Below, in pieces: positions 19,209 through 28,322 of a stretch of DNA of 64,000 nucleotides (the first letter of the stretch is position 1; every line of letters starts with the position of its first letter). Origin of the DNA: Bacilli bacterium. Its GTDB lineage: Bacteria; Bacillota_I; Bacilli_A; RFN20; CAG-826. Below the pieces are notes generated by a model. That model ran no database searches. It had not been told where the DNA came from and saw nothing but the letters and a program-made list of their open reading frames with translations. The translations under genes were made by a program, and so were the position numbers. The stretch lies in NCBI GenBank assembly GCA_024408335.1, contig JAKSVB010000010.1, forward strand, positions 3,431-67,430. Reading direction: 5' to 3'.

Positions 19209-19412
19209 AATTTTCTAATCTCCTTTTCCGGGTGTAAGTTTAGCTTTCCTAGAGGTAGGTGTCAAGTAAAAAAACATTACAGGCTAAAATCTGCTTGCGG
19301 TCTCCTTCGTATGCGTGTATTATTATCCTCGCGTTAATGCGCTACGCAGGCTCCGCCATCTGTCACTTGATGTGAACCTGAAGAGATTATCTAAGTATAG
19401 GAGGAAAAACTC

Positions 19413-19775
19413 ATGAACATGAATTTAGTCAATGAGATCACTGCCAAACAAATCCGTGAAGACATTCCTGCTTTCTCAAGTGGTGACACCGTTAAGGTCT
19501 ACTACCGCATTGTTGAAAACAAGAAGGAACGTATCCAGGTTTACGAAGGTGTTGTTATCCAACGCCGTGGTCATGGTGTCAGCGAAACCTTCGTCGTCAG
19601 AAAGATGTCTTCAGGCATCGGCGTCGAAAGAACCTTCCCAGTCAACTCACCAAGCATCAACAAGATTGAAGTTGTCCGTTATGGTAAGGTCCGCCGCGCT
19701 CGTATCCACTACATGCGTGGACTCAGCGGCAAAGCTGCCCGTATCAAAGAAGGCAAAAAGCCAGAAGCAAAATAA
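19413..19775 (+). CDS. rplS: 50S ribosomal protein L19
   Basis: 120 aa with canonical L19 sequence ('…[15 protein letters not shown]…'). SD AGGAGG; rho-independent terminator at 19794-19827. The overlapping ORF 19432..19860 is in another frame and is spurious. Confidence 0.95.
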   Translation: MNMNLVNEITAKQIREDIPAFSSGDTVKVYYRIVENKKERIQVYEGVVIQRRGHGVSETFVVRKMSSGIGVERTFPVNSPSINKIEVVRYGKVRRARIHYMRGLSGKAARIKEGKKPEAK

Positions 19776-19793
19776 TCAATTTATAGTGACTAG

Positions 19794-19827
19794 AAACCGC
19801 CCGCTCGTCGGGCGGTTTTATTTTTTG
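19794..19827 (+). terminator. Terminator after rplS
   Basis: ACCGCCCG-ctcgt-CGGGCGGT followed by TTTTATTTTTT. Confidence 0.8.
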
Positions 19828-19926
19828 TTAAAGGCAGCCGAAAAATATCGATTTATGTAACCGCTATTATGTTTGAAATAAATAAAGATTATATATAATC
19901 AAATTGATATGAATGGAGATATCACA

Positions 19927-20784
19927 ATGAAACCTATCAAAGAAGGAAAAGTCAGAGAGATCTACGATAACGGAGACACTTTGATTATGGTCGCAACTGA
20001 CCGCATCAGCTGCTTCGACGTCATTTTACATAACATTGTCACAAACAAAGGCAAGGTCTTAACCCAAATCTCAAAATTCTGGTTTGATTACACCAAAGAC
20101 ATCTGCAAGAACCACATGGTCAGCGTCGACGTCAAAGATATGCCAGAATTCTTCCAAAACGACAAATATGAAGGAAGATCAATGATGTGCAAAAAGCTCA
20201 CCATGCTCCCAATCGAATGCATCGTCCGTGGCTACATCACCGGAAGTGGCTGGGCCAGCTACCAAAAAAACGGCACAGTCTGCGGCATCACCCTTCCTGC
20301 AGGCTTAGTTGAATCAGATAAGCTTCCTGAACCAATCTACACCCCATCAACCAAAGCAGAGATTGGCGATCATGATGAGAACATCTCATTCGAAAGATCG
20401 GTCGAAGTCCTTGAAAAAGAATTCCCAGGCAAAGGCCTTGAATACGCAACAAAATTAAGGGATTACACCATCGCCCTTTACAAGAAATGTGCTGATTATG
20501 CTCTTACCAAAGGCATCATCATCGCTGATACCAAATTCGAATTCGGTCTTGATGAAAATGGCGAAGTCGTTGTCGCTGATGAAATGCTCACCCCAGACTC
20601 ATCAAGATTCTGGCCTCTTGAAGGTTATGAAAGAGGAAAGAGCCAACCATCATTCGATAAGCAATTCGCAAGAGATTGGCTTAAGTCAAATGAACATGAC
20701 TGGACCCTTCCAGAAGAGATTGTTGAAAAGACAATCGCCAAATATCTCCAAGGTTACGAACTCTTAACAGGCAAACCTCTTTAA
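19927..20784 (+). CDS. purC: Phosphoribosylaminoimidazole-succinocarboxamide (SAICAR) synthase
   Basis: PurC family ('[14 protein letters not shown]…[10 protein letters not shown]'). Start chosen at 19927 (SD GGAGA, 7-nt spacer) rather than the ORF-track 19909. Terminator at 20802-20838. Confidence 0.88.
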   Translation: MKPIKEGKVREIYDNGDTLIMVATDRISCFDVILHNIVTNKGKVLTQISKFWFDYTKDICKNHMVSVDVKDMPEFFQNDKYEGRSMMCKKLTMLPIECIVRGYITGSGWASYQKNGTVCGITLPAGLVESDKLPEPIYTPSTKAEIGDHDENISFERSVEVLEKEFPGKGLEYATKLRDYTIALYKKCADYALTKGIIIADTKFEFGLDENGEVVVADEMLTPDSSRFWPLEGYERGKSQPSFDKQFARDWLKSNEHDWTLPEEIVEKTIAKYLQGYELLTGKPL

Positions 20785-20801
20785 TAAAAAAGCAACATTT
20801 G

Positions 20802-20838
20802 AAGCCACAAAAGGAAAATCCTGAATGTGGCTTTTTTA
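20802..20838 (+). terminator. Terminator after purC
   Basis: AAGCCACA…TGTGGCTT followed by TTTTTT. Confidence 0.7.
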
Positions 20839-20845
20839 TTTCTAA

Positions 20846-20960
20846 CTACAAAAACCACAAGAACTTGCAAAAAAAGTAGATAGATATTGTTTTTCTTTTA
20901 TAAGATGAGATAATTAATCTACAAAAACTGCAGGAACTTGCAAAAAAAGTAGATAGAGTT
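20846..20960 (+). repeat. Two 42-bp direct repeats (39/42 identical) upstream of AAA/DUF4143 ATPase gene
   Basis: The first copy, 'CTACAAAAACCACAAGAACTTGCAAAAAAAGTAGATAGATAT', lies at 20846-20887. The second copy lies at 20919-20960 with 3 mismatches and ends at the ATG. Confidence 0.7.
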
Positions 20961-22256
20961 ATGGAAATCAAAAGAGATAATTACCTAAAACAGCTGATTG
21001 AGAGGAAAAATAACGGACTAATCAAGGTCATAACCGGGTTAAGAAGGTCAGGCAAGTCCTATTTGCTCAACACCATTTTTAGAAGACATCTGTTACAAGA
21101 GAATTGTGATGAGACTCAAATCGTTTCTTTTGCCTTCGACAAAATGGAAGACATCATGAAGCTGGATCGATATTTGCCAGAAGAGAACACCTTGTTTTAT
21201 GACTCAAAAAAGAACTATAAGGTCAACTCCAAAAAATTTATTTTATATATTAATGACCTTACAAAAAGCGAAGGAAAGTATTATCTATTGTTAGATGAGA
21301 TACAACTTTTAGATAAGTTCGTAATGACGCTAAATAGTTTTTTATCGCGAGAAAACCTAGATGTTTATGTTACTGGAAGCAATTCAAGAATGCTGTCCAA
21401 AGACATAATAACCGAGTTTAGAGGAAGGGGAGATCAAATCCATGTCAAGCCTTTGTCATTCAAAGAGTTTTATGAAGCATCAGGCAAACCTTTTGATGAC
21501 GCATATCTTGATTATCAATACTTCGGTGGCATGCCATATACCTTGCAAATCGATAGCCCAGAAAGAAAAGAACAATATTTGAAAGACTTGTTTTTGGAAA
21601 CGTATATCAAAGATATTGTGGAAAGAAATGGTATAAAAGACGTCGATTCATTTGAGAAACTAATGAAAGTTTTGGCGAGTTCTATAGGATCCTACACTAA
21701 CCCTTCGAATATAGAAAACACCTTTATGAGCGTAGAAGGAATAACATATGGCCATGTTACAATCAAGAATCACATCGAACACATGAAAGACTCCTTCTTG
21801 ATTCAAGAAGCATGCAGATACGATATAAAAGGGAAAAAGTATATAGGAGCAAACTTAAAGTACTATTTTACCGACATCGGATTACGAAACGCTCTTATCA
21901 ACTTCAGACAATCAGAGCCAACGCATATTATGGAGAACATTATTTTCAATGAGCTTGTTAATAGAGGCTATAGCGTCGATGTCGGCATTGTTGAATCGAG
22001 TGAGCCTAACGAAAATGGCAACTATGTAACAAAACAGTTAGAAACGGATTTCGTATGTAACAAGCAAACAGAGAGGCTCTATATCCAATCTGCATACACA
22101 ATGGAAACGTTAGAAAAACTAACGCAAGAAAAAAGACCTTTGCTTAATATCCATGACAACTTTAGAAAGGTGATAATCGTCAAAGACTCAATCAAAAAAT
22201 ATTTCACTGAAGAAGGAATAGAAGTAATTAGTCTTAAGGATTGGTTGCTTAGTTAA
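20961..22256 (+). CDS. AAA+ ATPase with C-terminal DUF4143-type domain (AAA_14/DUF4143 family, function unknown)
   Basis: 431 aa. Walker A 'GLRRSGKS'; overall architecture typical of the widespread 'ATPase (AAA+ superfamily)' orphan genes. No SD; the gene is preceded by two 42-bp direct repeats. Confidence 0.75.
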   Translation: MEIKRDNYLKQLIERKNNGLIKVITGLRRSGKSYLLNTIFRRHLLQENCDETQIVSFAFDKMEDIMKLDRYLPEENTLFYDSKKNYKVNSKKFILYINDLTKSEGKYYLLLDEIQLLDKFVMTLNSFLSRENLDVYVTGSNSRMLSKDIITEFRGRGDQIHVKPLSFKEFYEASGKPFDDAYLDYQYFGGMPYTLQIDSPERKEQYLKDLFLETYIKDIVERNGIKDVDSFEKLMKVLASSIGSYTNPSNIENTFMSVEGITYGHVTIKNHIEHMKDSFLIQEACRYDIKGKKYIGANLKYYFTDIGLRNALINFRQSEPTHIMENIIFNELVNRGYSVDVGIVESSEPNENGNYVTKQLETDFVCNKQTERLYIQSAYTMETLEKLTQEKRPLLNIHDNFRKVIIVKDSIKKYFTEEGIEVISLKDWLLS

Positions 22257-22285
22257 TTAACGAAGACCCATAACCTTGCACAAAC

Positions 22286-22316
22286 AAGGCTCGCATGAAT
22301 ACGAGCCTTGTTTTTC
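22286..22316 (+). terminator. Terminator between convergent ATPase and purF-like genes
   Basis: CAAGGCTCG-catgaata-CGAGCCTTG followed by TTTTT. Confidence 0.7.
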
Positions 22317-22320
22317 TAAT

Positions 22321-23727
22321 TTATTTTCTGCCATCCCAGCAGTATGTGCAGATCTTTTCAGGATCCATTTCGACTGCTTCCTTAAGGTCATCAAGTCTCA
22401 TGAAGCCAAGAGATGTGAAGTTGAGCTTTTCTCTAATGTACTCAACCATGTTCGCATATTCTTTACTATCTGCATCAAGATATTTCTTGATGGTCTCAGA
22501 TTCAACGTTTCCTTCAAGAGCCAAGATAGCGCGTCTAGCGATGAGCTCCATCTCGCTTGTTGAAGCGGAGAAGTTGAGGTATTTGCAGCCATAAAGGATT
22601 GGTGGGCATGATGAACGGACGTGGACTTCCGAAGCGCCTGATTTATATAAGAATTCGGTTGTCTCTCTCATCTGGGTGCCTCTAACGATTGAGTCATCGA
22701 TGAGAAGAAGTTTCTTGCCATCGATCAAGTCGTGGATTGGGATGAGCTTCATGTGAGCGATGAGGTTACGTTTTGTTTGCATCGTTGGCATGAATGAACG
22801 AGGCCAAGTAGGGGTGTATTTGACGAATGGTCTTTGGAATGGGATGCCTGAAGCGTTTGAGTAGCCGATTGCCGCTCCAAGGCCCGAATCAGGAACGCCT
22901 GCGACTGAGTCCGGTTTGACGTTGTCGCGTTTTGCGATGAACTCACCGCATTTGCATCTAAGCTTTTCGACTGAGAGTCCTTCGTAAACTGTTGATGGAT
23001 AACCATAGTAAATCCAAAGGAAGGTGCAGATTCTCATCTTGTTTCCTGGTTCAACGAGGGTTCTAAGTCCGTTTTCCGCACTGACGACGGCGATTTCGCC
23101 TGGACCAAGTTCTTTGTATGGGGTGCAGCCTAAATTGAGGAAGGCAAAGGATTCGAAGGTGACGCAGTAAGTGCCATCATCTTTTTTGCCAACGACAATA
23201 GGGGTTCTGCCATATTTGTCTCTTGAGCAGTAGATGCCCTTTTCATTAAGAAGAAGGATGGTCATTGAACCATCAATGACTTCTTGAACGTATTGCAAAC
23301 CTTCGATGAGGTTTTTCTTTTGATTGATGATGCTAGCGACAAGCTCGGTGTTATTGATGTCGCCGGTTGATGTTTCGAGGAAGTGAGAGTTGTTATTAAG
23401 GAATCTTTCCTCAAGCTCTTTGGCATTATTGATTTTACCAACGCATGTGATGGCGTAGGTGCCATGGTTTGATCTCACAACGAGTGGTTGTGAATCGAAA
23501 TCGGAGATACATCCGATACCCATGTTACCCTTCATCTCTATAGCTTCTTTTTCAAATTTGGTTCTGAAAGGTGAATTCTCAATCTTGTGAATTGCTTTGG
23601 TGATTTTGCCATCGTTCCAGACAGCCATACCCGCTCTTCTTGTTCCTAAATGTGAGTGGTAGTCAACGCCATAAAAAAGGTCAAACACGCAATCGCTTTT
23701 GCTGACAACTCCGAAAAATCCTCCCAT
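22321..23727 (-). CDS. Amidophosphoribosyltransferase (PurF) paralogue lacking the N-terminal nucleophile Cys
   Basis: Start set at M14 (SD AAGGAG 8 nt upstream); the ORF-track start is 23766. Ntn-glutaminase plus type-I PRTase fold ('[20 protein letters not shown]', 'VAGVPDSGL'), similar to purF at 29382. The N-terminus reads 'MGGFFGVV' where PurF has 'CGIFGV', so Cys is replaced by Gly. Confidence 0.7.
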   Translation of the reverse strand: MGGFFGVVSKSDCVFDLFYGVDYHSHLGTRRAGMAVWNDGKITKAIHKIENSPFRTKFEKEAIEMKGNMGIGCISDFDSQPLVVRSNHGTYAITCVGKINNAKELEERFLNNNSHFLETSTGDINNTELVASIINQKKNLIEGLQYVQEVIDGSMTILLLNEKGIYCSRDKYGRTPIVVGKKDDGTYCVTFESFAFLNLGCTPYKELGPGEIAVVSAENGLRTLVEPGNKMRICTFLWIYYGYPSTVYEGLSVEKLRCKCGEFIAKRDNVKPDSVAGVPDSGLGAAIGYSNASGIPFQRPFVKYTPTWPRSFMPTMQTKRNLIAHMKLIPIHDLIDGKKLLLIDDSIVRGTQMRETTEFLYKSGASEVHVRSSCPPILYGCKYLNFSASTSEMELIARRAILALEGNVESETIKKYLDADSKEYANMVEYIREKLNFTSLGFMRLDDLKEAVEMDPEKICTYCWDGRK

Positions 23728-23792
23728 AGATAAACTCCTTATGTTGTGCGCTTTGCACTTTCTCATTATATGGGTCGAAAATCGCCTTAAAA

Positions 23793-23810
23793 GATGAAAG
23801 TGCTTTCATC
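23793..23810. promoter_or_regulatory. Perfect 18-bp palindrome GATGAAAGtgCTTTCATC in divergent promoter region (candidate operator)
   Basis: 8-bp arms with a 2-nt centre, lying between the purF paralogue (minus) and the ACT/UPF0210 operon (plus). It is not followed by a T-run on either strand, so it is not a terminator. Confidence 0.4.
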
Positions 23811-23903
23811 AAAAAAATTGATTTTTTGGGGTTTTCGTGAGGGTATTTCATAGACTATTATTTAAATGAACAAAGCCCCAAAAGAGCGGAAAAGGAGCCT
23901 ATC

Positions 23904-24173
23904 ATGAAAGCTATCATCTCAGTCGTTGGCAAAGACACAGTCGGCATTTTAGCGGCTGTCGCAACCAAATGCGCCGAATACAAAGTCAACATCCAAGACG
24001 TCAACCAAACCATCATCGATGAGCTCTTCACAATGTACATGGTCGTTAGCCTCGATAACCTTACGATCGAATTCACTTCCTTCGTTGATGAGATTCACAA
24101 AGTCGGCGAGGAAAAGAACCTCAAAATCGAATGCATGCATGAAGACATCTTCAACCTCATGCACAAAATCTAA
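23904..24173 (+). CDS. ACT-domain protein (UPF0237 family)
   Basis: 89 aa; 'MKAIISVVGKDTVGILAAVAT…' is an ACT fold. It immediately precedes a UPF0210 gene, the conserved partner arrangement. SD AAAGGAG. Confidence 0.8.
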   Translation: MKAIISVVGKDTVGILAAVATKCAEYKVNIQDVNQTIIDELFTMYMVVSLDNLTIEFTSFVDEIHKVGEEKNLKIECMHEDIFNLMHKI

Positions 24174-24176
24174 TGG

Positions 24177-25547
24177 GTGCCGAAAATGATTAACAACAGA
24201 GACGAGATTATTGAAACCATCCGCATGATCGAGGAAGAAAACCTCGACGTCAGAACCATCACTATGGGCATTTCGCTTGTCGACTGCATCGACAACGATA
24301 TCAATAAGTCATGCGAGAAGGTCTATAACAAAATATATAAATACGCGAAGGACCTCGTAAAAGTCGGAAACGAGATCTCTAAGAAATATGGTATCCCAAT
24401 CGTCAACAAGCGTGTTTCGGTAACCCCGATTTCCATCCTTGTCGGCGTTTCTGGCGGAGACCCAGTCTTATACGCGAAAACATTAGATAAAGTTGCCAAA
24501 GATATCGGTATCGATTTCATTGGTGGCTATAGCGCTTTAGTCCAAAAAGGATTCGCTCCTGGTGACAAAGAACTCATTGATTCAATTCCTAGAGCCTTAA
24601 ACGAAACATCATTCGTTTGCTCTTCCGTTAATGTTGGCTCAACCCGCGCTGGTATCAATCTTGACGCTGTCAAAATCATGGGTCAAAAGGTTGTCGAAGC
24701 AGCAAAGCTATCTAAAGACAACGAATGCATTGCCGCTTCAAAGATGGTTATTTTCTGTAACGCAGTTGAGGATAACCCGTTCATGGCTGGCGCATTCCAT
24801 GGCATCGGCGAAGCGGATTGCGTTATCAATGTCGGTGTCAGTGGCCCGGGTGCTGTTCGTGCTGCCGTTGCAAAATGCCCAAAAGACGCTTCAATTTCAG
24901 AAATCGCAGACGTCATCAAAAAGACCGCTTTCAAAGTCACAAGAATGGGTCAGCTTGTCGGTGTAGAAGCATCGAAGATGCTCGGTGTTGAATTTGGCAT
25001 CGTTGACCTTTCGCTTGCTCCAACCCCAGCAATTGGTGACTCAGTCGCTCACATATTGGAAGAAATGGGCTTAGAAGAATGTGGTGGAGTCGGAACAACA
25101 GCTTGCCTTGCAGTATTAAACGACGCTGTCAAAAAAGGTGGTGTCATGGCCTCTTCCAGAGTCGGCGGGCTTTCAGGCGCATTCATTCCAGTTAGCGAAG
25201 ATCAAGGTATGATCGATGCGGCGAAATCAGGCGCTCTTTGCATCGAAAAACTTGAAGCCATGACAGCTGTTTGCTCAGTCGGTTTAGATATGATTGTCAT
25301 CCCTGGAGACACTACGCCAGAAGTCATCAGCGCTCTTATCGCCGATGAAGCGGCTATTGGCATGATTAACTCCAAAACAACCGCAGTGAGAGTCATCCCA
25401 GCAATCGGAAGAAAAGAAGGGGAAGAACTCAATTTCGGAGGACTTCTTGGTCACGCTCCAATCATGGCGATTAGACGTCAGTCACCAAAGACATTCATCG
25501 ACCGTGGTGGCCAAATCCCAGCACCTCTAAATTCGCTTAAGAATTAG
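24177..25547 (+). CDS. UPF0210 (DUF711) family protein
   Basis: 456 aa with the family N-terminus '…[23 protein letters not shown]…'. It is tightly linked (3-nt gap) to the ACT gene. Confidence 0.8.
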   Translation: MPKMINNRDEIIETIRMIEEENLDVRTITMGISLVDCIDNDINKSCEKVYNKIYKYAKDLVKVGNEISKKYGIPIVNKRVSVTPISILVGVSGGDPVLYAKTLDKVAKDIGIDFIGGYSALVQKGFAPGDKELIDSIPRALNETSFVCSSVNVGSTRAGINLDAVKIMGQKVVEAAKLSKDNECIAASKMVIFCNAVEDNPFMAGAFHGIGEADCVINVGVSGPGAVRAAVAKCPKDASISEIADVIKKTAFKVTRMGQLVGVEASKMLGVEFGIVDLSLAPTPAIGDSVAHILEEMGLEECGGVGTTACLAVLNDAVKKGGVMASSRVGGLSGAFIPVSEDQGMIDAAKSGALCIEKLEAMTAVCSVGLDMIVIPGDTTPEVISALIADEAAIGMINSKTTAVRVIPAIGRKEGEELNFGGLLGHAPIMAIRRQSPKTFIDRGGQIPAPLNSLKN

Positions 25548-25693
25548 TTAAACAACCAGGAGCGATTGGAATATATATTAGTTTTCGCACTGATAAGGCT
25601 GAATTGCGCCTAAAATAGGCGTAGGAGATTGCATGTTAAAGATTTTTGACTAAAATAGAATTGAATTCGAAAAAAGTCAAAAAGGAGTTTTTT

Positions 25694-26950
25694 ATGTCTT
25701 ATATTCGCCGTTCTATAGAAGAAGTGTTGTTGAGCAAATCCAAAACATCAAAATCAATCGCCATTACCGGAGCAAGACAAGTTGGTAAAACTACAATGAC
25801 GTCCACTTTGTTTCCTGAAGTAAGTAGAATCAACTTGAAAAACCCTTCGTTGCTTTTGGCCGCCAAGGACGACCCACAACTGTTCTTGGAAAGCTATGAA
25901 AGGCCGTTGTTCATTGACGAAATTCAAAAAGCTCCTGAGCTAATAGAGTCGGCAAAGGTAGTTTTGGATAAAGTCGGCGGAAAATTCAATTATGTTTTTT
26001 CGGGCTCGCAAAAGTGGAGCCTTATGAAAGGGCTGTCCGATTCTTTGTCAGGAATGGTCTCGATTTTGGAACTATCTACCCTTTCGATGAGAGAGGTTTC
26101 CGGTGTTTGTTTTAACGAACATTTTGTTCCTAATGATGAATATATCGCCAAGCGAGAGAAAACATTAAAAAATTACGGCGATATATGGCAATACATACAT
26201 AACGGAATGTACCCAGAGTTGTACGATGACAATCCGCGAGGATGGGAAGAATTTTATAGCGATTATGTAAAAACTTACATTGAAAGAGACGTATATGACA
26301 TAACAAAAGTAAGAGATTATATGACTTTTTATCGCTTTTTGGTTTCTGTTGCGGCAAGAACTGGAAATGTTTTGGATTACACCAATATTTCAAATGACGT
26401 AGGCGTCAGTGTTGACACTGTAAAAATGTGGGTTGGGATACTCGAAAAAACAGATATCGTTTACTTGCTTCAGCCTTACTATAACTCCCACCTAAATAGA
26501 GTCATTAAGTCACCGAAAATTTATTTTAGAGACACCGGGCTTGCTGCGTACCTTACTTCATGGACCACTCCTAAAGCGTTGGAAAACGGAGCGATGAATG
26601 GGGCATTTTTTGAGACGTTTGCGATTGGTGAAATCTTAAAGTCGTTCTCTAACGAGGGTAAAGATTATCGTAACTACGTTTATTACTACAAAGGAAAAGA
26701 CAAAAAGAAAAACAAAGTCGATAGTGGTTTTGAAGAATGTGAGGTTGATCTGATAATCGAAGAAAACGGAACGTTATATCCGATCGAGATAAAGAAAAAC
26801 TCAAATCCAAAATCAGAAATGGCCTCAGCGTTTCCTGTCTTGGATAAGGACATCGGCAAGAAAAGAGGGACAGGAGCCATCGTTTGCAGGTGCGAACACA
26901 AAATGAAATTAAGAGACAACTTATACGCCCTCCCTATTGAATATATTTAA
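25694..26950 (+). CDS. AAA+ ATPase with C-terminal DUF4143-type domain (paralogue of 20961..22256)
   Basis: Start at 25694 (SD AAGGAG, 7-nt spacer; the ORF-track start 25646 is in frame upstream). Walker A 'GARQVGKTT'; same architecture as the first ATPase. Confidence 0.75.
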   Translation: MSYIRRSIEEVLLSKSKTSKSIAITGARQVGKTTMTSTLFPEVSRINLKNPSLLLAAKDDPQLFLESYERPLFIDEIQKAPELIESAKVVLDKVGGKFNYVFSGSQKWSLMKGLSDSLSGMVSILELSTLSMREVSGVCFNEHFVPNDEYIAKREKTLKNYGDIWQYIHNGMYPELYDDNPRGWEEFYSDYVKTYIERDVYDITKVRDYMTFYRFLVSVAARTGNVLDYTNISNDVGVSVDTVKMWVGILEKTDIVYLLQPYYNSHLNRVIKSPKIYFRDTGLAAYLTSWTTPKALENGAMNGAFFETFAIGEILKSFSNEGKDYRNYVYYYKGKDKKKNKVDSGFEECEVDLIIEENGTLYPIEIKKNSNPKSEMASAFPVLDKDIGKKRGTGAIVCRCEHKMKLRDNLYALPIEYI

Positions 26951-27020
26951 GAATCAACAGGGACCGATCGTTCGAATAAATGCTATAAAGCCTTATTGCA
27001 TGCTTTGATATACTAATTTT

Positions 27021-27971
27021 ATGGAAAACTTTTTTACCGTCCTCATTAACGTTGGAGTCATGATGCTATACGCCATCCCAGGCGTTCTTTTGGTTCTTTT
27101 CAAACTCTTAAAAAGTGAACACGCCAAAGCTATAGCGACCATCCTTCTATACGTTTGTTCTCCATTATTGACGATCTATTCATTCCAAAAGATTTCATAT
27201 TCAGTAGAAACATCGCTTGAGTTACTCATTGCTTTTGTTTTTGGGCTTGTCACTATGCTAGGCATGACCCTTTTGATGTATCTAGTTTTTAAGAAGAAAA
27301 ACGAAGACGTTAGATATAGGGTCGCTGCAGTTTGCTGCGCATTTGGTAACGAAGCATTTTTAGGCGTTCCGATTATGGAAGCTTTGCTTCCTTCCTATTC
27401 GGCAGGGGCAGCAATGTGCGCAATTTACCTTACGGCGATGAATCTCATTGGCTGGACTGTTGCGTGCTTCATCATCACCAAAGACAAGAAATACATCTCC
27501 ATCAAAAGAATCGCTCTTAACCCGGCAACCATTGCATTCGTTATCGCTCTATTAATGTATTTCTTTAATCTAAAAATCGCCGATATCCCAACGGCAGGCG
27601 AACCTTTAATGAACTGCGTCACAATTGTGGCTAAGATGTCCGCTCCATTATGCATGATTGCTTTAGGTATGAGACTTGGTTCAATGAACATCAAGAAGAT
27701 ATTCTTAGAGCCTCTTAGATATCTGGTTATTGCAGTGAAACAATTTGGTTTCCCATTGATTGTCTTCCTTGCGGTGTTCTTCCTTCCAATTCCAACTGAA
27801 CTAAAGATGACTTTAGTCATCCTTTCTGCAGTGCCTGTCGCTCAAATCGCCCAAACTTTCGCAGAACTCGTTGGTCAAGGCCAAGAAGACGCGGTGGCAA
27901 ATTGTCTCGCCTCAACCATTACATCGGTAATCTCGATTCCTTTGATTTCTTTGCTTTTCCTTTGCTTGTAA
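27021..27971 (+). CDS. AEC (auxin-efflux-carrier/malate-permease-like) family membrane transporter
   Basis: 316 aa, about 10 TM helices, typical AEC length and hydropathy. An extended -10 (TGaTATACT) lies 6 nt upstream of the ATG, with no SD. Confidence 0.7.
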   Translation: MENFFTVLINVGVMMLYAIPGVLLVLFKLLKSEHAKAIATILLYVCSPLLTIYSFQKISYSVETSLELLIAFVFGLVTMLGMTLLMYLVFKKKNEDVRYRVAAVCCAFGNEAFLGVPIMEALLPSYSAGAAMCAIYLTAMNLIGWTVACFIITKDKKYISIKRIALNPATIAFVIALLMYFFNLKIADIPTAGEPLMNCVTIVAKMSAPLCMIALGMRLGSMNIKKIFLEPLRYLVIAVKQFGFPLIVFLAVFFLPIPTELKMTLVILSAVPVAQIAQTFAELVGQGQEDAVANCLASTITSVISIPLISLLFLCL

Positions 27972-28011
27972 AAATGTTTTTGAATCTTTCAAAAGGATTA
28001 ATGGCAAAACA

Positions 28012-28040
28012 TTGAAGTACAATAAACTGTACGTTATAAT
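28012..28040 (+). promoter_or_regulatory. yefM-yoeB promoter TTGAAG-17-TATAAT with GTACA(N6)TGTAC operator palindrome in the spacer
   Basis: -35 at 28012-28017 and -10 at 28035-28040. The inverted repeat GTACAataaacTGTAC (28017-28032) resembles the TGTACA repeats bound by YefM-YoeB in E. coli. Confidence 0.55.
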
Positions 28041-28064
28041 CATTTCACATCAAGGAGAAACGAT

Positions 28065-28319
28065 ATGATTGCAGTCAATTACAGCCAAGTCAGAGGCAAC
28101 ATGAAGGCATACATGGACAAAGCCACAAATGATTTCGAAACAATAATCGTCACAAGAAAAGACAAGAACGTCGTCATCATTTCAGAAGAAGCGTATAACA
28201 ATCTTCTTGAAAACGCATATTTACTTAAAGAAAAGGCCAATTACGATTGGCTCATGGAATCAGTAAATCAATTGAATTCCGGAGAAGCTAGAAGCCACGA
28301 GCTTATCGAAGAGGAATAG
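28065..28319 (+). CDS. yefM: Type II antitoxin, Phd/YefM family
   Basis: 84 aa; 'MIAVNYSQVRGNMKAYMDKA…IVTRKDKNVVIISEEAYNNLLE' is YefM-like. SD AAGGAGA. A consensus promoter with a TGTACA-type palindrome lies upstream. Confidence 0.85.
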   Translation: MIAVNYSQVRGNMKAYMDKATNDFETIIVTRKDKNVVIISEEAYNNLLENAYLLKEKANYDWLMESVNQLNSGEARSHELIEEE

Positions 28320-28322
28320 AAA

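Noticed and set aside
19209-19412. Possible structured L19 (rplS) leader in the rpsP/rplS divergent region
   Set aside because: Only short, weak hairpins are visible. I cannot match it to the known L19-leader motif by eye, so it is left as an unassigned promoter region.
19432-19860. 142-aa ORF overlapping rplS
   Set aside because: It is in a different frame over the canonical L19 coding sequence, with Ser/Leu-rich composition and no RBS. It is a spurious shadow ORF.
19828-19926. Purine or other riboswitch upstream of purC
   Set aside because: No purine-riboswitch core segments (UAUA…GGAUAUGG…GUUUCUACC…CCGUAAAU) are present. Only a -35/-10-like TTGAAA…TATAAT is seen.
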